Positions 1-13,305 of a DNA stretch of 64,000 nt are shown here, in pieces. The translations under genes and the position numbers were made by a program. The DNA is from Mobula hypostoma. Taxonomy: Eukaryota. Within the stretch, counting starts at the first letter, position 1; the number at the start of each line of letters is the position of its first letter. The notes under the pieces are model-generated. The model made no database searches. It saw only the letters and a list, made by a program, of their open reading frames with translations, and had not been told where the DNA came from. The stretch covers positions 23,376,001 to 23,440,000 of the forward strand of contig NC_086097.1 in NCBI RefSeq assembly GCF_963921235.1, read 5' to 3'.

Positions 1-199
1 TGTCCTAAAATGCATTTCACCATATTTATTCCTGAGGAGTGACTTCACTTGACCAGATGATGTCATAGTATTTGGTTTCACAATCTAAATAGTTTTCACT
101 TCCATTTACTTCGTCCCCATTTTATAGACAAACAAGCATTGTGCCCATAAAAATAAGAGATTCTGCAGATCCCAGATGCTCTTAAACTCTGCATATGGT

Positions 200-3040
200 G
201 GTATTCAGGACTGGTGATCCACAAATGTACACTAGGCCCACTTAAGACCTCCGCAAAGTCATCTTGCGTGCGCAGTGACAATTCCAGACCGAACTGGAAT
301 CACAGAAGGGTGCTCGCCAGCTGTGGCAGGGTTTGAATGCAATCATCTCCTACAAAGCAAAACCATACATCATAATTGACAAGTAAGTTTAGTTCCCCAA
401 GTAGCTCAATGCTGTTTATGCTCACTTTGACCGATAGAAAATGGAAGCACCTTCACAAACCCCCACAACCTTGACGACCCTGTGATTTCAGACCCTGAGG
501 CTGACGAGAGAGCATCCTTTGGGAGGGTGAACCCAGGGAGAACATCTTGTCCAGACAGTATACCAGGCCGAGTACTGAAGACCTGTGCTAATCAACTGTC
601 TGCAGTGCTTACTGATATCTTCAACCTCTCTTTGGCAGTGTGAAGTGTCCACCTACTTCAAGCAGGCTTCAATCATACAGGTGCCCAAGAAGAATGTGGT
701 TACCTGGTCTCAATGACTATCGTTCAGTAGCACTTATGTCCACTGTAATGAAATATGTTGAGAGGTTGGCCGCGAAGCAAATCAACTCTTGCCTGAGGGC
801 TGACTTGGATCTGCTTCAATTTGCCTACCATTGCAACAGGTTCACAGCAGATGCTATTTCAATGGCTCTACACTCAGCTCTGGTAGATGCACACATCTGG
901 CTGCTCATCCTTGACAATAGATCAACATTCAACATTACCTTCCCCTTGAAGCTAATCACTAGACTCCTAGACCGATAACTTCTTGTGGAACTGGATCCTC
1001 GCCTTCTCACTTGCAGACCCCTATCATTATGGAATAGCAACATCATCTCCTCCATGTTCACCGCCAGCAAAAAGGGAACCACCAGACTCCATGCTTAGCC
1101 TCCCCTGCTATGCTTGCTATTGTACCTATAAATTCAGAATTGGAATCAGGTTTAATATCATTGGCATATGTTGTGAAATTTGTTGTTTTGTACATTGCAA
1201 TACATAAAAACTATAAATTACAATAATTATATACAGTGTATATAAAAAATGTAAGGAGGGCAAAGAGAGTGGAAAAATACTGAGGCAGTGTTCATGGGTT
1301 CATTGTCCATTCAGAAATCTGGTGGAGGAGAGGAAGCTGTTCCTGAAATGTTGAATGTGTGTCTTCAAACTCCTGTACCTCCTCTCTGATGGTAGCAATG
1401 AGAAAAGGACATGTCCTGCGTGATGGATGCTGCCTTTTTGAGGCATCACCTTTTGATGGTGTCCCAGATGCTGTGGAGGCTCATGCCATGATGGAGCTGC
1501 CCAAGTTTACAACTTTCTACAGCTTTTATCTGATCATGTGCGATGGTCCTTCCATACGAGATGGTGATGCAACCAGTTATACTGCTCTCATCTGTAGAAA
1601 TGTTCGAGCATCTTTAGTGAGATACCAATTCTCCTCAAGCTCCCAATGAAGTATGGCCACTGTCGTGCCTTCTTTGTAATTGCATCAATATGTTGGGCCC
1701 AGTGTAGATCCTCGGAGATGCTGGCACCCAGGAACTTGAAGCCGCTCACTTTTTCCACTGCTGATCACTCAAAGAGCACTGGTGTGTGTTCCATCGACTT
1801 CCTCTTTCTGAAATCCACAATCATTTCCTTGGTCTTAATAACTTTAAGTGCAGGGTTATTGCTGCAAAACCACACAACCAGCTGATCTATCTCACTCCTG
1901 TATGCCTCCTTGTTACCGTCTGAAATTCAGTCAACAATCGTCAATGACAAATTTATAGGTGCCATTTGAGCTATGCCTATTCACACAATTGTGGGTGTCG
2001 AGAGTGTAGAGCACTGGGCTAAGCACATATCCCTGAAGTGTGTCAGTGTTGATTGTCAGCAAGGAGGAGATTGTGGTCTCCTGCTGAGGCAGTCAAGGAT
2101 CCATTTGCAAAGGGAGATACAGAGGCCCAGGTTTTGGAGCTAAACTGTGTGGCCAAGTTCAAATTTAAGTTTGCTGAAGACACCACTGTTGTTGGCTGAA
2201 TGAAAGGCGATGACGAATCGACATGCAAGAGGCTGATTGAAGATCATGATGGTTGGCGTCATTCAATGTCAGAAAAACTAAAGAGCTGCATATTGACTAC
2301 AGGAGGAAGAAGCTGGAGGTCCATGAGACAGTCTTCATTAGGGAATCAGAGGTGGAGAGGGTCAGTAATATTACACTTCTTGAACGTTATCATATTGAGG
2401 GATCTGTCCTGCCACTACCACAAGTTCCATCCCAAAGAAGGCATGTCAGTACCTCTACTTTGCATACATTTATCATGTTGTCTAAAAGTTTGTCAAACCT
2501 CTATTGATGTACAGTGGCGAATATCGTGACTTGTATCACAGACTGGTATGGAAATACCAATGTCCTGGAATGGAAAAGTCTGCAAAAAGTCACGGACACA
2601 GCCTAGTCCATCACGGGCAAAGCCCTCTCCGCAACTGAGCACATTTACAAGGAGCGCTGCAACATCTATCATCAGGGACCAGCACCAACCAGGCCATACT
2701 CCCTTCTCACTACTACCATCAGCAGGAGGTACAGATACTAGATCCAAAAACAGTTGTTATCCTACAACTATCAGGCTCCTGAATTGGCTTGGATAACTTT
2801 GTTCAGCACCTCTCTGAACTGACCCCACAACTTGCAGGCTAATTTTTAACGACTCATTATGATTCAAGGTGCTAGTGTTATTTGGCTTGCTTAGTTTGTC
2901 CTCTTTTGCACATTGGTTGTTTTAGTCATTATCTGTTTATGCGTAGTTATTGTAAATGTTTTTTTTTTAACCTGCAAGAAAATTAATCACAAGGTAGTAT
3001 ATGTTAACATATACGTACTTTGATAATAAATTTGCTTGGA
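200..3040 (+). mobile_element. Degraded Rex1/Babar-type LINE (RT region plus 3' UTR), interrupted at about 1130-2140 by an antisense copy
   Basis: ORF 640-978 has LNDYRSVALMSTVMKYVERL...LQFAY (Rex1-like RT N-terminus). ORF 2253-2507 has NVRKTKELHIDYRRK. ORF 2548-2796 has HQPGHTPFSLLPS. The 3' UTR ends ...ACTTTGATAATAAATTT. Boundaries approximate. Confidence 0.75.
1130..2140 (-). mobile_element. Degraded Rex1/Babar-type LINE 3' portion nested in the previous element
   Basis: Starts on + with the recurrent reverse tail TCAGAAT..ATCAGGTTTAATATCA. Reverse-strand RT remnants, e.g. AGGAACTTGAAGCCGCT (about SFKFLG) and CCCAGGTTTTGGAGC (about LQNLG). Confidence 0.7.
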
Positions 3041-3234
3041 ATTTTTTTTTGACTTCCAGTCAGTGTAGATTAGGTGGGCCAATCAACCTCTATTTGACTT
3101 TGATCTGATTCCTTCAAATCCTACAATCATCTGCAGGTTTGAATCGTGTGGGATGTAGCAAAGGACGGGCTGAAGTGGGGACATACTCCAGTGGCTACTC
3201 TCAATGAAGAAGTGGGGAAGCAACATAATTAGTA

Positions 3235-3930
3235 GTTGGTTAATTATCATATGAGATACTGTACATTGAAAAGTTTTTGTCCACATGAAATCCGGACAGA
3301 TTATTCCATACATAAGTACATTAAGGCCGTACAAAAAGGAAAAGAAAACAATGCAGAATATCCTGTTGTAGTTCGAGATTGTGCAATGCAGATAGACAAA
3401 TAAAATGCAATGGCCGTGATGAGGCAGACTGAAAGTTCAAGAATTCATCTTTTTATCATATGAGAGATCTGTGCAAGAACCTCACAATCGTGGGATAGAA
3501 GCTGTTCTTGCGCCTGCTATGTGTTCTCAAGCTATAGTATCTTTTGCCCAGTGGAAGCAGGAAGAAGAGAGAGTGACTGAGGAGGGAAGCGTCTTTGATT
3601 GCGTTGGCTGCTTTCAGAAGTTTAGGTGGATTCAGTGGAGGGGAGGCTGGATTTTGTGATAGATTGGGCTGCGTTACCACTGTGCGCAGTTTCTTGTGGT
3701 CATGGACAAGCAAGGATGGGTTTCTGCAGGGTGTTTTCTATGGTGCACCTGTGAAAAAAACGGTGAGTGTCATCAGGGACATGAGTTTCCTTAGCCTTCA
3801 GAAGAAGTTGAGGTGCTGTTGTATTTTTTGACCTTGGTGTCTAAGTGGCTGCACCAAGCCAAATGGTTGGTGATATTTCCACCTGGGAACCTGAAGCACT
3901 TGACCATTTCCACCTCAGTACCAAATGATT
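3235..3930 (-). mobile_element. Degraded Rex1/Babar-type LINE 3' fragment
   Basis: ORF 3791-4024(-) has EVEMVKCFRFPG.NITNHLAW. ORF 3456-3713(-) has IKDAS..SHSLFFLLPLGKRY..NSFYP. Confidence 0.7.
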
Positions 3931-4314
3931 GTGTGTAGGAGAGGAGGAAGAATTTTTCTGATTTTTGTGAAAATTTGTGCATCATGATTCTGACTGTCAA
4001 CAGTGAAAGTTCTGCAAATGTCATCTGGAAAGATCTAGATAGTTCACAATATTTATTTCCAGCATTACCGCATTGTACTTAAATTCACCCTCCGATGCAA
4101 GGGGTAAGTTCAGAGGGATATGGGTCAAATGTGGAGAAATGGGGCTTATTAGAATACTACAGTACAGAAACAGGCCCTCTCGCCCATCTTTTACATCCTG
4201 AACTAATATTCCGCTTAGTCCTATCGACCTGCACTTTGACCATATAGGGAAAACTGATTTGGCACAACTACGATAGGGAAAGCTGTTTAAGCACTCCAAA
4301 GATTATAGAAAATT

Positions 4315-4590
4315 AATTTCTCATTCTCCTTCCCTTTCTCCTGTGATCCACTGTCCTCTCCCATCAGATTCCTTCCTCTCCAGCCCTTTATCTTTCCCAC
4401 CCACCTGCCTTCATGTATTACCTTCAAGCCATCCTCCTTCCCCTCCCCACTCTTTTTTTATTCTGGCATCTTCCCCCTTCCTTTCCAATCCTAATGAAGG
4501 ATCTGGCCCAAAATGTCAACTGTTTATTCATTTCCATAGATGCTGCCTGACCTGCTGAGTTCCTCCGGCATTTTGTGTGTATTGCACTAT
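4315..4590 (+). mobile_element. Penelope-like element terminal repeat fragment with decayed hammerhead motif
   Basis: Pyrimidine-rich tract, then CCTAATGAAGGATCTGGCCCAAAATGTCAACTG, then TAGATGCTGCCTGACCTGCTGAGTTCCTCC. The same module follows the GIY-YIG remnant at 52.1-53.0 kb. Confidence 0.65.
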
Positions 4591-5632
4591 ATTCATTCAT
4601 TGATAACTTGCTTGATCATTGGATCCAGCTTCCATCAAGGTAATTCAGAACTCAGCTGTAGAATGAATACTCAAAGCCAACAGGAAGCACGAAAGACTGA
4701 AGATGCTGGAATCTGAAACAACACACACAGTACTGGAGGAGCTTAGCAGGTCAGGCAGGATTTGTGGAGGGAAATGAACAGTCGACTTTTGGGTCAAGAC
4801 CCTTCACCCAGACTGTTGTAAAAGAAAAGACAACAACTGATTTGGAGGATCAATAGAGAAACAGCTCCTATTCTGCAGTTGACTAGGAACCATGTTGACA
4901 GGGTATCCCTGGTTTTTCCCCGTCATAGGCAACCTCTTTCTTCACCTTTCTTGCAGGGTCTCTCACCTGAAGAGTTGACTTAATTTTTGTTCCCGGTGAT
5001 GTGGCATTTTCTGTTACCCTTTTGGAGGAATAGCAATTCAGTGATGGCATAAGCCTCATTTAAGATTTGTCATATTCTCCAGAGTCAAAAAGTGTTTTAA
5101 GTTTGTATTGGTTTGGAGGTACTTAAATAATCTGTTTTTAAAGTTTACTTGAAACTTTACAAAGGGAAAAGTGATGTTTTTACCATAGAAAGTAGTCAAT
5201 AAAGCCCAGTCCATCTCAGGAAAAGCCCTCCCCACCATTCAGTACGTCTACAAGGAGCACTGTCACTAGAAAGCAGCATCCAGCATCAAGGAACACCATC
5301 ACCCAGGCCATGTTCTCTTCTCACTACTGTCTCAATAACAGGTTCTGAAACAGCTGCTGCCCTTCAACCGTTAGGCTCCTGATCCAACTAATAACTTTAC
5401 TCAACTTAACTCTGAACAGACTCCATAACCTATGAACTCACTTTCAATGACTCTACAACTCATGTTCTCAGTATTATTTGTTCACACATTTAGTTGTTTT
5501 TTTTGCATTTGTACAGATTGTCGTCTTTTGCACCTTGTTTGTGTGTATTTATTCATTGATTCTCTTTTATTACTTTATTCAACTGTGAATGCCTGCAAGA
5601 AAATGAACCTCAGGGTGGTATTTGGTGATATT

Positions 5633-6176
5633 CACTCAGTGGCCAGCAGTACATCTGCTCATTCGTGCAAATATCTAATCCGCCAATCATGTGGCAGCAA
5701 CTCAATGCATAAGAGCATGTAGACATGGTCAAGAGACTCAGTTGTTCAGACTGAACTCCGAACAGGGAAGAAATGTGATCCAAGTAAGTTTAGCTGTGGA
5801 ATGATTGTTGGTGCCAGACAGGGTGATTTGAGTATCTCAGAAACAGCTGATCTTCTGGGGAATTTTACGCATAGCAATCTCTAGAGTTTACAGAGAATGG
5901 TGAAACAAACAAACAAAAAAAAATCCAGTGAGTGATAGTTCTGTGGGGGAAAATGCCTTGTTAATGAGAGAAGTCCGAAGAGAATGACCATACTGGTTCA
6001 AGCTGAGAGAGAGGCAGAATAACTCAAATTATCACAGTGGTGTGCAGAAGAGCATCTCTGAATGATTGAAACTTGAAATGGATGGGCTACAGCAGCAGAA
6101 GACCACAGACGCACACTCAATGCCCACTTTATTAAGTACAGGAGGTACCTAAAGGGGATAAAAGTTCCACTGTATG
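5633..6176 (+). mobile_element. Non-autonomous Tc1/mariner derivative (TIR plus N-terminal transposase remnant)
   Basis: Left end CACTCAGTGGCC. Decayed GMIVGAR..LSISETADLLG..SRVYREW..GYSSRRP paired-domain coding. Right end ...CCACTGTATG followed by TA. Inserted in a LINE 3' UTR. Confidence 0.75.
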
Positions 6177-6329
6177 TATACGTACTTTGATACATTTATT
6201 ATGAACTTGGATAGAAAATCACGTTCTGTAACGTTTCTGATCAATTGCTTGTTTCAAAATGCAGACTTGTGAGTTGCTTTGCTACTAAGAGTCACACAGG
6301 AGAATACTGATTAGAAATTTGATTAGCTT

Positions 6330-6625
6330 TATAGTGTCAGATATACATCGAAACTTGGTCATCATTTTGCGTCAATGACCATGGTCCAAGGATTACACTG
6401 GGAGCAGCCTGCAAGTATCGCCACTCTTCCAGTGCCAGCACAACATGCCCACTAACTCATTAGCCCTAACCATGGGTCATTGGAGGAAACTGGAGAACCT
6501 GGAGAAAACCACACAGTCAGAGGGAGAGTACACAAACTTTTTGCAGACAGTGGAATGAATTGAGCCCCGATCTGCGTTGGCGCTGTAAAGCAATTGCACT
6601 AACTGCTAATCTACCGCATCGCCTG
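6330..6625 (-). mobile_element. tRNA-derived V-SINE, degraded
   Basis: Reverse V-domain GGAGGAAACTGGAGAACCTGGAGAAAACCACAC, with the reverse tRNA-like head at about 6555-6625. Confidence 0.6.
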
Positions 6626-7204
6626 AACAGTACTGAGTGATTCATTACTGCTTTCAGGATCTGTGCATTGCTATGCTTATGTCTAATTTCCCCGTATATG
6701 CTGTTGGCGTTGAACTATCTTTGTGAAGTCTTTCTGTTGAAGGTGCTATAAGAGTGATGTTTGGTGAGAGGTTCCAGAATTAAGGTCCAGTGGCAACAAA
6801 GGAATGGTCACCTATTTGCAAGTCCAGTTTGCTGTTCCACTTGTCTCTTACACTTGACCTTCCTGGTTGGCAGAGATTGGGAAAGTTAGGGCATTGGGCA
6901 AATCAAGCACTTTTGGATGGGGGCACATTTCTTGAGTATAGTTGGAGCTGTTTTCATATAAGTAAGTGGAGAGTTTACTAGCATGCTCCTGTATCGTGCT
7001 TGTAGATGGTGGGACGTGTTGCAGAATAATTGATGTCTGATCTGCACTTGTGGCCACATTACATATGTTGTTGGTCCATTTGAATTCTTGATCAATGGAA
7101 AGACCACCACCCCAGGACACTAATAGGACAGTCAGTGATGGTGAGCCATTGAATGCAACGTAGTTGGTTAGACTCTGTCTCAATGACAATGGTAATTGTC
7201 TGAA

Positions 7205-7400
7205 GTAACATATACAAAATGCAGCTTACGCAACAGCAATTGAGAGAAGCAAGCAGTCAACATTTCAGCCCAAGACCCTGCATCAAAATGAAAATATCAA
7301 CTGTTAGTTCCCCTCCATTGATGCTGCCTGACCTGTTGAATTCTTCCAGCATTTTGTGAGCGTTGCTCTTGATTTCCAGCATCTGCAGAATCACTTGTGT
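7205..7400. repeat. Palindromic (inverted pair) Penelope-like terminal repeat derivative
   Basis: Left arm ACAAAATGC...CAGTCAACATTTCAGCCCAAGACCC. Right arm GATGCTGCCTGACCTGTTGAATTCTTCCAGCATTTTGT is the reverse-complement module. Confidence 0.55.
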
Positions 7401-7884
7401 TGATGGTAATTGGCTGGTGGCTTTGTAACTAGAATGGTCACTGTCACATATTGACGATTGATTTATTGGTATCTGTCATAATTGATGATGACAGTTATAT
7501 TTGCGCAGTTCTTCTATTGTGTATTAGAAGTTGGCTGTTGAGTCCAAGTTGTGAGTGACCTGGATGTCCACGATAAGGACAAGGAAACTGTCCTGGATCC
7601 GGTAGTGGTGCGACTACTTTCTTTGGTCAGGCGGTGATTAGTTCTGCTCAACACCTCTCCTCTGGGTTTTTGTGACTCTAACCAAGTTCTCCACCCTCTC
7701 TGGTATTGTGCACTCTGTTCTAGCTGTCTGGGAACGACTCGAGCATGTGCAATATTAGCCTTCACACAGTCTTTGAACCATTTATATGTCTTGATTTCTC
7801 TTGCCCAGCAAAAACTTGCCCTATAGTAGATCAAAGTAAGTTTATTATCGAAGTACATATATGTTGCCATATAATAATAATAGG

Positions 7885-8320
7885 TACTTTGTTGATCCTG
7901 AGTAGGAAATTATTCCATTACAGCAGCAACATTTAAAAACACACTTCACAATAATAATATAATATCAACTAATAAAGTATAGAATAATTAACACAATTTA
8001 CAATAATGTGCAATATTGTGCAATAATGTACAAAATAATAAAACAGACTATTGTACTGTGAATTGTGTTCTCTTGTCGCAGAGGTGAACCTTGTGCTGAT
8101 TGCCTTTGGTAGGAAAGATTTTCTGTAATGACTCTTGTGACAGCGGAGCTGAATGAATCTGTTCGAAAAGGTGTTCTGCTGCTTATTCTGTAGGTCATGG
8201 AGAGGATGTACCTGATTGTCCATAATGGATTACAGTTTGTTTACTGACCTCCTCTCTACCACTAACTCAACAGAGTTTGGGTTGTAGCCAAGGGTGGATC
8301 CAGCCTTTTTGATGAGTTTA
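7885..8320 (-). mobile_element. Rex1/Babar-type LINE 3' fragment
   Basis: ORF 7969-8223(-) MDNQVHPLHDL...TFSNRFIQLRC...YRKSFLPKAI matches the C-terminus of the 16.5 and 53.4 kb RT ORFs. Confidence 0.75.
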
Positions 8321-8462
8321 TAACAACCCTGGCATTCATTTTCTTGTGGGAATATTCAATAAATCCAATAACCATAATAGAATCAATGAATGACTGCACC
8401 AATGGGGCAGATAACCAGTGTGCAAATACAAAAAGAAAGAAAAGAAATAATAATAGTAATAA

Positions 8463-8774
8463 AAGGCATCCGTTAGTCTTGCGAGACAATGGATCTGCGC
8501 CTGGAAAGTCTTCACTCTCCAGGGTGCAGGCCTGGGCAAGGTTGTATGGAAGACCAGCAGTTGCCCATGCTGCAAGTCTCCCCTCTCCACGACACCAATG
8601 TTGTCCAAGGGAAGGGCATTAGGACCCATACAGCTTGGCACCAGTGTCGGCGCAGAGCAATGTGTGATTAAGTGCCTTGCTCAAGGATACAACATGTTCC
8701 CTCGGCTGGGGCTCAAACTCACGACCTACACGTAGCTAGTCCAATGCCTTATCCACTTGGCCAAGCGCCCACAC
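8463..8774 (-). mobile_element. tRNA-derived SINE with CORE-like central motif and 14-bp TSD
   Basis: Minus head has TGGCCAAGTGG (A-box) and GTGAGTTTGAGCCCC (B-box-like), then TCCTTGAGCAAGGCACTTAA. Direct repeat AATAATAGTAATAA at 8449-8462 and 8775-8788. Confidence 0.75.
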
Positions 8775-9424
8775 AATAATAGTAATAATAATAATTAAAA
8801 ATCCAGACATGGCTGTACCCAGATTGGGTGGTGCTCTGGTCAGCATTCATTCTCCATGTTAGGAGCAGCTGAAAGTAAAACCTGGCTGTAGGTATAAAAA
8901 GCAATACCCCTTTGCTTTAGAAATGGAGAGATGTCTATGGAACAGAGAGATGCGGCTGCTGCCTGAGGATCGCCAGGGTGTGCCCGGAGCTCACAATGGG
9001 CATGGGAGTAAGCAAACTGTTACTGATGCCCTGCTGAACAGGTGGCAGGCACCCAGAAACTGAAAGAGATACTGCCAACATTCACAGTAGCCAACCAACA
9101 TCACAGGCTGTGACTGCTGCGGATGTTTCTTGGGGGGAGCAGTCCACTTATAACTGAGATCACTCAAGCAGTTAAGAGAAGAAAGTCACGCAAGAAATGG
9201 TTATTAGAATTAAACATTCATAATGTGTGCCTATTACCGAGTAATGGAAATTGAGACTGACATGACAGGATACAGTTACAGTTACGCAGCAATATCTATG
9301 TAAAACTTCAGAGAGCCATAATACTAAACACCATTCGAATAGGCCGTAAGTTCCTAGCAATTGACAAATGAGCATACTTGGCTATGCCCGTACCTCAGGT
9401 TTTACCAGCTTGAGCTGAGAAAAA

Positions 9425-9800
9425 AAAAATTATAAATAAGCAATAAAGATTAAGAACACGAAGAGATTTTGAAAGTGAGTCCATAGGTTGTGGGAACAGT
9501 TAAAGCAAGTGAAGTTGGGTGAAGTTAACCCCCTCTGGTTCAAGAGCCTGATGCTTGAGGAGTAATACTGTTTCTGAAACTGGTGGTGTGGGTCCTGAGG
9601 TTCCTGTACCACGGTCCTTATGGCAGCAGTGAGAAGAGAGCATGACCAGGATGGTGGGGGCCCTGATGATAGATGCTGCTTTTCTGTGACAACAATCCTT
9701 GAACTCATGTGCCTGGTGTTGGGAAGGACTTTATCTGTGATGGATTGGGCTATATCTATTAATTTTTGTAGGATTTTCTGTTGAAGGGCATTAGTGTTTG
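9425..9800 (-). mobile_element. Rex1/Babar-type LINE 3' fragment
   Basis: Reverse of the IRDPHHPGHALFSLLP...FRNSYY..IRLLN C-terminus plus 3' UTR; resembles ORF 30328-30531. Confidence 0.65.
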
Positions 9801-9804
9801 TGGA

Positions 9805-10140
9805 TTTGGGAATCCTTCATATATATTACATGACCTGTCCAACGAAGTTGTTCTTTTATGATCATGGCCTCAATAGGTAGTATCCTATATCTAAATGGTG
9901 TTGAGTTCTGGCCTTCATAATATAGCTGGAATGTTGTCTGCTCCTATAGGTTGTGTTGTACCCAGTGTTTATAGTGAGCAGAACTGGTTAAAGCAAGGAT
10001 TTGCGGTACTGTGACCATAGGAAAGAGCCAAGATCTATCATCCACTTAAGTTCTGACCGAACATTGGCATGAGTCCTTCAGTTGCATCTCTGTGTGCTGT
10101 TGTCCTCTATTCTTGATGTCTTCTCCTCTTACCAGCTGCT
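9805..10140 (-). mobile_element. Old RTE-clade LINE fragment
   Basis: Reverse translation of about 9826-9879 gives PIEAMIIKEQLRWTGHV, an RTE C-terminal LRW.GHV motif. Confidence 0.45.
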
Positions 10141-12714
10141 GCTCATCTCCATTCATGACTAGATATGACAGAACTGGATGATGGTCCTCAGCACCTCACA
10201 AGTGCCAAGTTTTGCATTGCCAGATAAAGGCAGAGTCTGTCTCATTTTGTGTGTTTGTGGTGCTGTATCACATTGGATGTGGAGTAGCCCACAGCACCTT
10301 ATAGGCACCTACTTGGCAGTTGCCAGAGCTATGCCTGCTCTCTCTCTCTCTCTCTCTTAGTATGGTGGCAGTGCTGTGTCGCGCTGATCATCTTGCATAC
10401 AGGTTTGTACTTTTTCTAAGGAATCATGTTTAAAACAGCTGACACATCTCAGGTACATGTTCTGTAACCACTGGACATGACTTTTCTTGCCCCAGAGAAT
10501 GTATGCGTGTAGAGATTAATTCACAGTCGAAACACATGGGCAGTTGAGTATGTGCTTGAAATACTATTAACCAAATAGGACTGAATTTTCCATTGATTCA
10601 AACCCAGCAACAGAACAGAAGGTAATAAACAGCCACTGCAATGTTTTTCATTTAATATGTGTACACAAGCTAGAATTTCTACCTTTGTCTCCACCTACTG
10701 CCACAGTGGTTGAATTTTAGTGGAAACCAGACTGAAATAGAAGAGCGTAATTCTTCCGTTGATCCGGAAAATGGCCAGGGAAGGTCTTGCACCAGATAGT
10801 GTATTGAATCTTTACTGTATTTTTTACCTGTGCTGTACACTTCATATGCATTTTGAATTATTCTGCATTTGAACTCGTTTGTGGTAAGATTTTGTATTGT
10901 GTGCTGTTCATCATTTGTGTATTGTGGGTGAATCATGGTCCAGAGGAACACTGGTCGTATATAGGTACGGTCAGATGACAATAAACTTGAAATTGATTTT
11001 GAATTTAAATTCATAAGCAACGTCTCAGGAAACAGATTCTTTTTAAATATTGCTCAACAGCAAACAGTCTCAGTTCCTACAAACTGGAGGAAACAGCATG
11101 TGTCCAATATGAAGTAAGGTCTCATGATCAATAGAAGATAATTTATCAGTTGTACGGCAAGCTATGTGTATTAAAGTAATCACCATGGCAACACCAGTGT
11201 TGGCTGAATAATCATCACATTTCTGACTGGGTACAGTGTGCATTATATGTGGCCTGATATTTGTCGGAGAATGCATTTAACTTCAAAAAAAAAAGAGAAA
11301 ATTTTGAAAATATACAATCACAATGCGGCAGGAGCTAGTTAATAATTTGACCAAGATCCCTCATCAAAATAGATACAGTACTGCTAACTCTTCATAACCT
11401 GTTAAACTTTGCTTTTTCCACAGCCTGATCATTATCAGAATAATTGCTGTGGACTTGAGTGGAAGTCAGATGGATCATCAATTAAAATGTTAACTACTTC
11501 AGAATCAGAATCGGGCTTATTACCACTGACATGTGTCAGGAAATATTTTGTTTGGTGGAAACGGTACCGTGCAATACATAAAAATCACCACAATTTGGAA
11601 TAATTAATTAATAGTACAAAAAAAAAGAAAAGTGGGGTAGTGTTCATGGACCATTCAGGAGCCTGATATTAGAAACAAAGAAGCTGTTCTTAAAACGTTG
11701 AGTGTGTGTCTTCGAGCTCTTATACCTCCTCCCTGATGGTAGTAATGAGAAGAGTGCATATCCCAGTTGGTGAGGGTCCTTAATGGTGGACGCTGGCTTC
11801 TTGTGGTACCATCTTGTGAAGATACCCTCGATGGTGGGGAGACAGACCTGTGCCTATTGTGGAGCTAGCGGAGCTTACAACTCACTGCAGCCTCTTTTGA
11901 CCCTGTGTGTTGGAGCTTCCATACCTGGTTGTGATGGAACCCCATCAAAATGCTCTTCACAGACACCAGGGGTACAGCAGATACTGGAAATCTAGTTCAA
12001 TACACACAGTGTGCTGGAGGAGATCAGCAGGTCGGGCAGCGTCTGTGAATGGGAATAAACAGCCAATGCTTAGGTCTGAGACTCTTCCATCAGGACTGGA
12101 AGGGAAGGGGGAAGAAGCCTTCACTATCTCTTCACTATCAGTAGAAATTTGGTGATGTACTGAGTCTCCTCAAACTCCTAATGAAGTAGAGCCGCTGGTG
12201 TGCCTTCTTTGTGATTGCACTTACAGATATTGAATTTTGTCTTAAAAATCTTCAGTGAATTATACCAATTTATTTCTAATGACAGGAGGGGTCAGCTAAA
12301 AGCTGCACAGATTCAAGACAAAATCAATCAGAAGAAATTGGATTCAAGTTGTCAGTATAAGGATTTCTCAACACACCACTTTCATTATTTGCTTTCTCTG
12401 CAATTCATGCACAGTGACTGCAGCATGTATCACCTACAAATAAATTTTGTGGCAACGTACCAAGTCAGCTTTGACAGCTCTTCACAAACTTGTTGCCTCC
12501 ACCATCAAGAGAACGAGGGTAGCAACTACAAAGGAATGCGGCCAAAATTTGGATGCCCTCCAGCAGAAAACGTTGGAAATGCTCAGTGGGCCGTGCAGCT
12601 TGTGTGGAAAGAGAAACAGAGTTGATTTTTCAGAACTGGAGTACAGAGAAGGTGAGAGGAAAATGATGCCTAAAACTGATATTTTCTCTCTTTCCTCCTT
12701 TTGGTAAAGAGTTG

Positions 12715-13305
12715 AAAAACTGCAATGTTGTATATATTTCTGTAGAAGCACACTGGAGAGTATCCTAACTGGTTGCTTCATGACCAGGTCTGGAAACACC
12801 AATGCCCAGGAAGGGAAAGGTCTACAGAAAATGGTGGATACAGCCCAGTCCATCACAGGAAAGCCCTCCTCACCAAATGAGCATATTTACATAAAGCTCA
12901 AGGCTGACAGAAGAAAGCAGCATCCATCATCAAGGGTCCTTACCATCCAGGCCACACTCCCTTCTTGTTGCTGCTATCAGGTAGCAAGTGCAGAAACCTT
13001 GGTTTCAGGAACAGATATTACCCTACAACCGTCAGGCCCTGAACCGGCGTGGATAACCTCACTCACCACAACTCTGAAATGATTCCACACCTGCAGATTC
13101 ACTTTGTAGGATGCTACAACTCAAGTTCTTTGTATTATTTACTTTTTTTTTGAATATTTTTGTCGTCTTCTGGACATGGGTTGTTTGCCTGTCTTTGCTT
13201 ATGTAAATCTTTTCATAAATTCTATTGTATTTCTTTATCTTCCTCTAAATGCCTGCAAGAAAATGAATCTCAAGCTAACATGATAATAAACGTACCTTGA
13301 CTTTA
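12715..13305 (+). mobile_element. Rex1/Babar-type LINE 3' fragment
   Basis: ORF 12780-13082 GNTNAQEGKGLQKMVDTAQSITGK; 3' UTR GCCTGCAAGAAAATGAATCTCA...TGATAATAAA. Confidence 0.7.

Noticed and set aside
12215..12625. 136-aa ORF as a host exon
   Set aside because: Non-ATG start, begins and ends in repeat remnants, no recognisable domain and no convincing splice pair.
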